DNA of 64,000 nt from contig NW_021834582.1 of assembly GCF_006345805.1 (NCBI RefSeq), forward strand, positions 1-64,000, in the 5' to 3' direction. The notes beneath the pieces were generated by a model. It had not been told where the DNA came from, ran no database searches, and worked only from the letters and a program-made list of their open reading frames with translations. The position numbers and the translations under genes were made by a program. This document shows, piece after piece, positions 25,168 to 35,192 of the stretch. How positions within the stretch are numbered: position 1 is the first letter of the stretch; each line of letters starts with the position of its first letter. This DNA is from Octopus sinensis (Eukaryota).

Positions 25168-28100
25168 ATGAACACTCATCGCCCTCCAAATCAAATGGCT
25201 CGAATGCAAAATTTTGATGCCTTTATTCGGACATTTGTCCACTGCCGGTCAATCTGCACTCTCCACGAACTAATAATCGCCTACAATAAAACGACAGGAG
25301 TCTCTGATTTCTCACAAAATCAAATTGGTCCTTTCACAACATACCCAACAGTGATCGAATTATTCCACGTATTTCCCCTTCTTAATATTAGATCAATTAT
25401 GGAATGCCCCATGTTGCTCAAATAACAACATCCGACGTCTTAAATTTCTTAGAAGAGTTCATTAAATTGGGAAATTTCAGAACTCAGTCAGTTTTTGACT
25501 TTGTTCAGTTTGTTGTCCATAAAACAAGGTCACAAAGTCCTTACGAACTGGGTCTTGTGATTGCAAACTTCCCAGCTTTAATCACGGTGTATTCTTAACC
25601 AATTATTGTTAGTATTTAAATGCAAACAGAGGAAACCAACCCGAAATTGGACTTTCATTTTTAAGACTGTTATGTGGAAGGTTAAAGACTTCAGTTATCC
25701 AATTGGAGGAGAGCTTCTTTAATGAAGGAGTGATAGACAAACTAAGGTTGTGGTATTCCACTCAGCCATTCAATGTGGTGGCTTGTGATGTTTTTGACAA
25801 ACTGAGGAGGCTCATGCAGGCTGCTGTCACACAGGCTCCTCCTCGTATTAGAACGATGGTATTTCTTTCCAACATTTTTCAGTTAAATGTGGCCAAAGAT
25901 GCAATTGTTAAATTTGACCGGATCGTACGTTCTCATGAACTACTACAGCTTATTGTTCAATATGCAGTTTGTGTCAGTAAAAGTGACTTCGATGATGACT
26001 TTTTTGTACATTTTTTGTCAGCTCGGATAGACAAACCTGAACTTTCTAGGGGTATTGTGTCTTGTTTATGATTTTAGAATATTTAATTGATTTGATATCT
26101 AAGGAGGTGAAATTTACTGGTTTTTCTGCGTTTATAAAATGTTTGTCACAATTGGAGAAGTCTCTAAAGAAAGAGTATTCCATCAAGTCTTTCGAACAAC
26201 TCGGATTTGGGTCACTAACGTCATTTATGGATGAAAACGGAATTCAAATGCCAGTAGTTGTCTATAATCAATATTTAGAAGGATACTCCGCCAGAAATTG
26301 AGGAGGAACATATCCCTCGAATACTCTTGGAGGGAATAAAGGAGATTGTACAGCAGAGAAAGGATATAAATCCAAATGTATGTTAACTTGTTTATTTAAG
26401 CCTGTTAGTGGACAAGTCATTGCAGATCAGTTGTGTTTAAGAGCAAGTCACAGTGGTGATGAGATTGACGAGCTGTTAATAAGTGTTGGATTGGTGATAA
26501 ATTCTCTTCTGAAAGGAATCGCAGTGGTTCTGATAATCACGGGCTTTTAAATAAGTATAAATTATCCGACTATAGTCAATCACCTGTTGTTTATGAATGT
26601 GTTTTACTTGATAATGATAGGTTATTTATGATTTTATATAATCTAGTCTTTTGTCTATTATCACATGTAATTCGTATGTCAATCTACATGAATTGGTCTC
26701 CAATGTTATTGTAGAAATTGAGGAGTGTCCATACATGACTAATATTATTGAGTATTGCTCTTGGCAAGTAAAATATCAGCAGAGTTTGGGTTCTTTCACA
26801 GATTTTGTACGTTTTCATGGTTTTTTGTATGATTATTCAGTAATAGATGTGAATTGTCGGTTTATTGAGTCGTTCCCTCAAATTATATACAAAATTCCTA
26901 AAGAATATTCGTTTGGTCTATTGGAAAGTTCGTTACAAAAGTACAACTCTCGTTTATTTTGTGCACACCTCATGTCATTCCTTGCCAGTCCCTCATGTCC
27001 CCAAAAAATAGAAATGTTAGTTAAAATAACCAAAAAGCACTTTTCTGAATTCGATAAGTACGAGGGAATCGAATTTGTATTGAAATGTATTGAGATACTC
27101 CCTTGGCGTACATGTGCCACACTCGCTTATAAGGTTGAGGATATTTGGTTGTCATTTTAGATAATTCTGTTCCCATTCATTGAATGTGGTCTTGCCGTGT
27201 TGGACGATTTATTTATCTTTGACTCTATAAATGTTCAACAAAGACTCAGACTTCGTATGATTTTAAGGATGTACAGACCGGACTACATTCCAATAGAACA
27301 TATTAAAACACAAAAATACATTCGTTCTCCTACTAAAGAGTCCATCGTTATAGAAGAAATTGAAAAAAATCACATTGAAGAAGAATTTACAATTCAAACT
27401 GATTCACAAATAGAAACAAGTTGGTAGTATTTAAGTGGAGTTTAGGGACTTTGGATACTCGTCGTGGATTGTCATTGGAAGAGTGGAGTCAAGAGGTACA
27501 TGATTTGAGAAGAAGTCAATTTGGAATTGGAATTGATGTCTGTGATGAATTGACAATGAATGTTATTCAAATGCAGCAAAGAAGATTGTCTCGAACAATC
27601 CAACAGCTTTCATCTGTATGACCAGATTATTGATATTAAAAGGACTTGTATTCGAATGATATTCATTTTGTCCTGGAATTAATCCAAAATGCGGACGACA
27701 ACCAATATGAGAACGACCGTCCTACAATTTGGTTTAAACTGTCTAAAAATATAGTTTGTTTATGTCTGAGACATTTTAGGTGGAAATATGGAATAATGAA
27801 TTGGGTTTTACTGTGGGGGACTTGACAAGCATATGTGACGTGGCTTGTAGTAACAAGACAACGTCGATAGGTAGGAAAGGGATCGGGTTCAAGTCAGTAT
27901 TCAAAGTAAGTGACTGTCCGCAAATCCACTCAAACAATCTCCATATTGAGTTTTCAAGTCAATCTGAGCCAATTGGTTATATTGTTCCTGGTTTGTTATC
28001 TATTTTTACAAGTCGAGTAGAATTGGTGGAGAACGTGCCATCACTCCCTAATACAAGGATTATCCTCCCGTTGAATAGAGATATTTCTGTTAAAGACAAG

Positions 28101-31100
28101 TTATGTGATGTTGATGGAAGTGTTCTGTTATTCCTTAACAAATTGAGGCATATTGTGGTACAATATGAGGTTATATGTGATTACTTAATATTTCAGAATG
28201 AAACAATTTCCGATTTTTATCGGAAAGATCAATCGGATAGACTTATAAGTATAATTTCGAAAGGACAGTCAGTGATTGGCTTGTTGTGAGTAAAGAAGTT
28301 GCACATAGTCGTACTACGACAATAAAATTAGCTTTTCCACTTGATGATGGACGAGGTCAACAGTCGGTCTATGCCTTCCTTCCAGTTCGTAGCTATGGAC
28401 TTCGATTTGCTCTCCACGGGGACTTTGATTTGTCGTCGTCTCGTGAGGACATTTTATGTGACAGTGCTTGGAATCAGTTTTTATTGGCTCATTTCCCTCG
28501 AATGTTTGTTTCTGATGGTTTTGAGTCGTTTTCGCGACATTATTCGGAACATGAATCTATTTTGAATTTTTTAAAATTTGTTCCGAGGAAATCTGAAGTC
28601 AATGTTGTATTCAATCAATGGCTTCTTCGATTTCGGTTTTGATTCGGGAAATGCCCTTAATTCCTGTCATTGGCCAGGAGGGTATGCAAAAAACAGTTGA
28701 ATGTCTCTTATTTGATGATCTGAGACTTCATTCTGATTTTTCGCCAACTTTTTGGTCTGATGTGGCCCAACTGTCACTTGTCGATGTCTGTTTTGCTGGT
28801 AAAGTAGACAAGACTTTGTTGTGGGAGTTAGGGGTGAGGCGATTCTCTGTTGATTTAGCACTTCAAGTGTCTAAATCATTGGCTATATGGCCAAAAGAAG
28901 TTATTCTTAGTTTGGTTTTAGATGCTTTTATTTTATAGATAATTTATCTAATATTTGTGCTCTATTGGCTTCAATTTATCAGCATATCACTTCATTCGGA
29001 CTTGTAAGTGGTCATATGATGAATTACGTCATGCAATTGCCTTTATTTCCATTAAAGGACTGCTCTCTTGTGTCTTTGAATGAAAAACGGGTTTATTTTC
29101 ATGAGACATCCTCCCCTGAATTCGAAGAGGTCAATTCTTTTAAAAATAAAGGTTCGTTTCTTTTTAAAGTATTTTTAGAGATCTTGTCTCCGTTTTTTGA
29201 AAATCTCAGTTTTATTCATTCGGATTTGTTTAAGGACTCTGATTCTGTAGTAACCTCGCAGGCACAGCAGCTTCTTATTTTACTTGGTATTGAATCTGTG
29301 TCGATGATTCGACTACTTAATTCTCATATTATACCCTCGATATCTCATTTGAATTGTTTATTGGAATCAGATCGAGAACTGCTGGTGGCAATTACTGTTG
29401 TTTTTTTCATTTTATGGAAAAAGTCGTCCAATGAAGTTGATTTGAAACAACTCCCAATATTGGATGAGAATAATCAACTAATCAGAGGAGAAATGAGAAG
29501 AAAAGTACACCTCCGACCATTGGAGGGGCAGTCAATTGTAAACGTGGGACAATTCGCAGACCAAATAAGTCCACTATATTTCAATAAACATTCCATATCC
29601 GTAAATTTGTCATTATTTGTTGATTTTTTGTCACATTGTGGCGTTTCTAATGGGTTTTATTTTGAAAGCAAAACAATTAATGTATTTTTATTTAATTTTA
29701 TGTTAAGGGGGTCGTTGATTTTGAATGTCCTGAAGTGACTAGCATATTCAAAACATGCCTTGAGTCGTCATCTCCTGAAAAACGTTTCAAGCTAAGAGCT
29801 CTTTTTGAGCATATTGGAGAAAATTGGATGACCATTTATTCTAAATATTCTTATGTATGTTTTGCGTTGATATTACAACTACAGATGTCGGACAAGTCCA
29901 AGTTGAGCTCGTTTGGTAGTAGTTTGGTAGACGAGAGTTGGATTCCTGGTGTGAAATTACCAGTCGGGGCAGATGATGGGGAATGCCCTAATCTTGTTCT
30001 TATGAGGCCGAGTCGAGTGTTTCTTCCTTTGAAAGAAATTGAAGACATGTTGGGGAATCACGTGGTATATTTGGAATGTCCAGCCAATTTGCCACAATGT
30101 AGGAATTTTTATGATTTTTGTGGAATTGCCTCTTCGATATCTGTTTCCATATTAATGTCTCTACTTTCCCTTTGGGGACAAAGAGAAACAGATGTACCTA
30201 AACCATTTCTATCCTCAATATCATCAATGACACTTATTTATTCATTTTTGATGATTAAGTGTCCGCTTGATGATATTCGAACGTTTTTTAGGAAAGTGTC
30301 GTGTATATTTGTCCCTAATTTGCCCTATGATGGTACTGATGTAGTGAGTGGTGTATTTCTGCATGTTGGAGAAGTGTGTTGTCACGCCAATGCTCAACTG
30401 CTGTCCAGATATGGACTTTGTTGTGGAATTTCGCTACAAACTGTATATCCGAAGGTTCGAGTTTTGGGTCATAAATTCAAGCTTTTGAGTTTTTTTGGAA
30501 TTTTGGGATTGGAGAATCGTCTTAGTGTTAGTGAATGTGTGTCTGTGATTAAACGAATGGGAGTGAATGGAGAGTGTTGTCTCGATGATCTGGTGGTAGT
30601 CCTACCAGCGTTGTTTGACGCTGTCGCCAGTGAGGGAGTTACATGGGAGAGACTAAGAAATGATCTCCTCCATATTCCATTTATCCCTGTGATGGATGGG
30701 GGCGTATGTAAGGTTAATTTTTTGTTTTTTCTTTAAATAGTTGTCAGAAGTGTTCATTGGAGACTCCTCTGACATATTTCCATTTATCAAGATTGTGGTT
30801 AGACGTTTATATTCTGGAAATGAAAGTATTTTCGTTTTAGTGACTATTGATATAGAAATTGAAGGGTTATTGACTAATCTTGGTGTCCCAAGACTGAGTC
30901 AAAGCATTTTTAGTGAAGTCGTTGGTATTGAGGGACCTGTGTTTGAATTTGAATCTCTCTACGTTTACACAAATCGAGTTCTTCCATTAGTCCGACAGTA
31001 TTTGGCGGGTAGATTCAAAAAAGAGATATCGAGGGTTGAGGACTGTGCTCGAAAGATACCGAATCTTCGTATTAAAGCTGTTTTTAGCATTTTGTAATTC

Positions 31101-31979
31101 AAAGACTTGTGGCTTCTCTGTGGAGTATAGACTGGTGGCACAGGGAGTCGACAAGCGTGTGGTCGTATCAGAGTTGGTTGGTGTGTCTACAATGGCGAAT
31201 ACTATTTATTGTCAAATGGATTCTATGGAGGCAGTGCACAACATTGAGGAATTTTACCGAAGGACAGACTGTGTAGAGTTATTGAGTGAGTTCAATAATG
31301 CACTTGCTGGTCACTTGGTTGACGATTCTGAAGTTAGAAAGGAACTATCTCAGTTTATGGATAGTCTTATTCATAGAACTCCTGAGTAAAGTTGCGCTTA
31401 TATAATTTCAGGATGGTTACTAATTCTTTGGTGGATGCTCCCTCCATTTCTAATCGGACAATATCAGTAAAGCCTGAAAAACGTGGAATTGGAACGTCTT
31501 TGGTGTCTGGTGGGAATAAAAAGATGTCATTGCCTAATAAAAACGAGTATAAATTGCCTTCCTCTATTCCTGACGTGATGAGCAGTCAGAATGCCTTGGA
31601 CATTGGGTATCGAGGAGAGTTGTTTGTATTTGAATATTTGATGGGGAAGCTGAAGGCAGGAGAGGACGATTTAGTGCATGTTGAATGGCTCAATCAAATG
31701 CACGAGTCCGGGCTGCCTTACGACTTTATTGTGGAGAAGAAAAATGAAGAATATTGCTATATTGAAGTCAAGTCCACAGCTTATGATAAGAAGGATTTTA
31801 TGCCTATTTCTTTAAATGAGATAAAGACTGCTATTTCTATTGGATCTGCATATCATCTTTATCGTGTTTATGGATGTTCTGAACAGGGGGAACGTGAGCA
31901 AACAATGTCTCTTAGAATTATTGAAAATGTACAGGCTTCGTGCATTTATAAGAAAATTCGTCTTTTCGCAGTCATTTAA
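25168..31979 (+). CDS. Protein NO VEIN-like: sacsin-type GHKL ATPase plus C-terminal DUF3883/NOV_C nuclease-fold domain (many micro-introns, two apparent frameshifts)
   Basis: HFVLELIQNADDNQY, NNELGF, IGRKGIGFKSVF, YAFLPVRSYGLRF...DFDLSSSREDI and IGYRGELFVFEYL...ESGLPYDF...YIEVKST. Confidence 0.85.
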
Positions 31980-32001
31980 TTTGTCAATATTTTTGTTTTT
32001 T

Positions 32002-35000
32002 CCAGTAAAAAAAACATAATTAGAAAGAAAGAAAAAAGTAAGCAATTGGGTGGCTAAGGGAATTGTCGAGGGCCTGAGGGTCAGCTCAACGATGCCGCGC
32101 TGCGTATTGAGTGGCAGTTTCCGCGGAGCACAGCAACCGAGATTCGCTGGAACAGCCAGCTCGTCTCCCTCCGGTCGTTTGTTTTTGTGGAGATTTTTCT
32201 ACCAATGGCGGTGAGGAGTTGAGTCGCAGCCTTTCCGACGATTCCAGAGGTTTCGAAGGCGAGGGGGGCAAACTCAAAAGCGTCCGAAATACACCGGTAT
32301 TTCGTCATCTTTGTCTCTTCAGCCAGCGCACTGGCGGAACCCGGGTTTGCGACAGTCCTGGGAAGCATTGTCGCCGAAAAAGAGTCGACACACGTGGCAT
32401 CCCAAACCAGGGACTTGCCTTCCCTAAAAGGAAAGGTCGTCATCCCGTCGGGACGCTTGCCGTCGCTCCGGGAAAGGCCGACTGGCTCTAGGGTGGAAGG
32501 GAAACCAGCCGACTCTAGAGCCCTCCTCACAACGTCATTCAGATGAGTGTGACGGGGAATTCTCCCGGCACTCTTCTTACACGACAAGGCGTGCAAGCCG
32601 TTTGACGAAATTGAGGACCCGCACCGGCAAGGGTGGGGCTGGCAGATGTCCAAACCCAATCGTAAGCTGATCCCAATCCGCAAGGATTCGTCGTCCAGTA
32701 GTAACCCCGTACTAGGAGTGGGGAGAGCTTTGAGCCAGTCACCCGTGTGCGGCTGACAGGCGCAGTTAAGGGTGGCCAGCTGGAGTTGGTCCGACTTGGA
32801 GCGAAGTTTTCGTAATGTGTTCGAGCAGAGAATTTCGTCCCAGCCCCTTTGAACTGAAGGGATCGTGGGAAAATCAAGGTCGAGTGAGCACCACGTACGG
32901 CATGCAGATGAGAATTCCGAGAGCTCATTAAGTTCGAGAGAGGGAAGTAGAACTGAGCAAACGGAATTCCTGAAAGCCGACATGGATGAGAGATAGCAGG
33001 GTAGGGCCAGGTCCGCACAAGAGCGGATCCCGATCCCCCCGAAGCGAGTTGGTAAACTGGCACGGGTAAAACCGTCACCAGTGAACCTCAAATTGAGGTG
33101 GAATGTTAGCGATTGGTGGACAAGATTATCGATTCTGGATAATGAGTCTGTGGCAGCGAAACACGGGGAGGAACGGAGAATATAGGTCAGTCTGGGGACG
33201 AAAAGAAAGTTCTTCAACAAGAAAAACGCAAGATGCGAGCCAAGCCCACGGATCCGATCAGTGAGTAGTTTAATTTCGTCCCATTTAGACGATAAGGCAT
33301 TTTCTATGCCTTCAGCGGAAATTGGAGAGCCCAAGATAACTAGATCGCTGGTGGGCGTTAGCCTTAACCCAACGATCAGGCTGCTGAGAGAGGAGAATGT
33401 GTTGCGGAGAGCGGCGGGGGCAAGAGAAATGTTTACGAGTTCGCATTTTTCGCCGTTAAGAGATAGTCCGATCTTGGAGAAACCGGAAGTGATTCTCTTA
33501 ACGTCTTCCATAACGACCTCTGTAGGTCCACCGATCGTCACGTCGTCCAGGTACCAGAAGTTAACAGTGGAAGAAAGGTTCCGTGCAATGTGGTCAACGG
33601 AGAGGGCAAACAGCAATGGGCCCAGTGGGTCACCCTGCTGAATGCCGCATTCTGACATGATGATCTGATCATGGATCAGAAGGCAGCTTGGGGCAGAGTA
33701 TGCCAGCTTTACAATTGGGAAGAGAACGGGGCAACGTGCCGAGACCACTTCGAGCAGATGGTCCCGGCGGACGCAGTTGAATGCGTTGCTGACGTCCAGC
33801 TTCACGATGAACTTGCAGTCTTCTGGCTTTGACTGGACAAGTTGGCGAGTGCCGTGCGCGAGAATTTCGCAGGCACCTTGGACGCCGACACCGTACTGGA
33901 AAGGGAGAAACTCCAGACTCAGGGGGGGAACCACCCTGCGGGACATTATCTTGGCCGAGAGTCTCCTGAAAACGTTACCGACCGCAATGGGCCTCACGCC
34001 GCCATCGGCTTTCGACAGGGCAATGAGGCCAGCAGAGAAAAGAAGATCTCTGGCGACGGTTGGAATCTCGCCCGAGACAATGTGCGAACAAAGACGAGTG
34101 ACAGAAGATAGCAGGTCTTTTCCGGATTCGTGGGTCAATGGGCTCAGGAGATCGCGTAGGTGGATGGGCTTTACACCGTCTATCCCGCCGCTGCTACTGG
34201 GCGCAAAAGACCCGAGAGCGGCCGAAACCTCAGACGAGGTTATCGGGTTGGACGGAGCCGAAACTAACGTCGGTGTTGCACGGAGGTCGGTGGGAGCTTG
34301 GGGGTGTTTGCTGCGGAGTTGATTCAGGACAGCATCACACCGAGGAGCCACAGAGGAGTTGGATGAAATTGCGCGCACTGCTCCAGAGATATCGCCCTGG
34401 AGGAGTTTGCTTCGGACTGCCCGGGAAAAGCGCAATTCTGCGAGACCGGGCCGTTTTGAAGGTGCCTCCTTACAAGGGGGCGTAAGAGAGACAGACAGCC
34501 AATCAGAGTTGAACTCTGAGTGGACGTAAGATGTACAACGGTCCTTAATCCGCTGGGCAGAAGAAACGTGATTAGCAGCGCATGAGCGCATAGGAGAAGA
34601 ATTGAGGCAAACGGGAAAGAAAGAGAACAGCTTGAACCAAGGGTCAGGAGCGCTGGAAGCCAGCGCCTGGTCGATCAAGGCTGCGAGGGACTTGGCCACA
34701 GTGGGTCTGGCCGATTTTGGAATCCTTACTGGGATGAATGATTCGCTTCGGAAAGCAGATAAGGATTTGAGGAATTGAGAAGGGGTAAAATGGCTCCCGG
34801 GAATTGGGGATATGCGTTTGGGTAGACCAAGGCAACTCGGGCACTTCCAGCATTGGATAACGGCCGAGCTGGCCCTGGAGAGCCCGACGCAGGATAGATG
34901 GAAGTACAGATCGCAAGAGGAGCACAAGCGGCCCTTCTTGCGGGAATTGGATGATTTACAAGAGGAACAAGTTGCCATGTAAAGAATGATGCAATAAAGC

Positions 35001-35138
35001 GAAAGAAAAAGGAAAAGGAACGATTAATAGAATGATAACGACAGGATAGATTAATAGATGATAGAATAATGAAATGATAACAAAAATAATAAAAATAGAA
35101 ACAGCTTTTTTTCTTTCTAATTATGTTTTTTTTACTGG

Positions 35139-35186
<48 letters not shown>
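32002..35186 (-). mobile_element. Intact CRE-like non-LTR retrotransposon bounded by 29-bp inverted repeats and a 13-bp TSD
   Basis: TSD ATTTTTGTTTTTT at 31989-32001 and 35187-35199. Inverted repeats at 32002-32030 and 35110-35138. A-tract at 35139-35187. Single 965-aa ORF. Confidence 0.92.
32081..34978 (-). CDS. PHD finger, reverse transcriptase, CCHC and restriction-like endonuclease polyprotein (CRE clade)
   Basis: C4HC3 N-terminus. RT motifs GGVRPIAVG, KLDVSNAFN, GIQQGDPLGP and WYLDD. CRCG..HALSC. RH...EP...RPDG...WDATC. Uninterrupted and intronless. Confidence 0.95.
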   Translation of the reverse strand: MATCSSCKSSNSRKKGRLCSSCDLYFHLSCVGLSRASSAVIQCWKCPSCLGLPKRISPIPGSHFTPSQFLKSLSAFRSESFIPVRIPKSARPTVAKSLAALIDQALASSAPDPWFKLFSFFPVCLNSSPMRSCAANHVSSAQRIKDRCTSYVHSEFNSDWLSVSLTPPCKEAPSKRPGLAELRFSRAVRSKLLQGDISGAVRAISSNSSVAPRCDAVLNQLRSKHPQAPTDLRATPTLVSAPSNPITSSEVSAALGSFAPSSSGGIDGVKPIHLRDLLSPLTHESGKDLLSSVTRLCSHIVSGEIPTVARDLLFSAGLIALSKADGGVRPIAVGNVFRRLSAKIMSRRVVPPLSLEFLPFQYGVGVQGACEILAHGTRQLVQSKPEDCKFIVKLDVSNAFNCVRRDHLLEVVSARCPVLFPIVKLAYSAPSCLLIHDQIIMSECGIQQGDPLGPLLFALSVDHIARNLSSTVNFWYLDDVTIGGPTEVVMEDVKRITSGFSKIGLSLNGEKCELVNISLAPAALRNTFSSLSSLIVGLRLTPTSDLVILGSPISAEGIENALSSKWDEIKLLTDRIRGLGSHLAFFLLKNFLFVPRLTYILRSSPCFAATDSLSRIDNLVHQSLTFHLNLRFTGDGFTRASLPTRFGGIGIRSCADLALPCYLSSMSAFRNSVCSVLLPSLELNELSEFSSACRTWCSLDLDFPTIPSVQRGWDEILCSNTLRKLRSKSDQLQLATLNCACQPHTGDWLKALPTPSTGLLLDDESLRIGISLRLGLDICQPHPCRCGSSISSNGLHALSCKKSAGRIPRHTHLNDVVRRALESAGFPSTLEPVGLSRSDGKRPDGMTTFPFREGKSLVWDATCVDSFSATMLPRTVANPGSASALAEETKMTKYRCISDAFEFAPLAFETSGIVGKAATQLLTAIGRKISTKTNDRRETSWLFQRISVAVLRGNCHSIRSAASLS

Positions 35187-35192
<6 letters not shown>

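Noticed and set aside
28260-28625. Programmed frameshifting or pseudogenisation in NOV (similar breaks occur in CENP-C)
   Set aside because: Isolated 1-nt indels in otherwise conserved genes are more simply consensus errors. Cannot be resolved without reads.
32086-34925. Many overlapping antisense and alternate-frame ORFs in the retrotransposon
   Set aside because: Expected from high GC content. No recognisable motifs.
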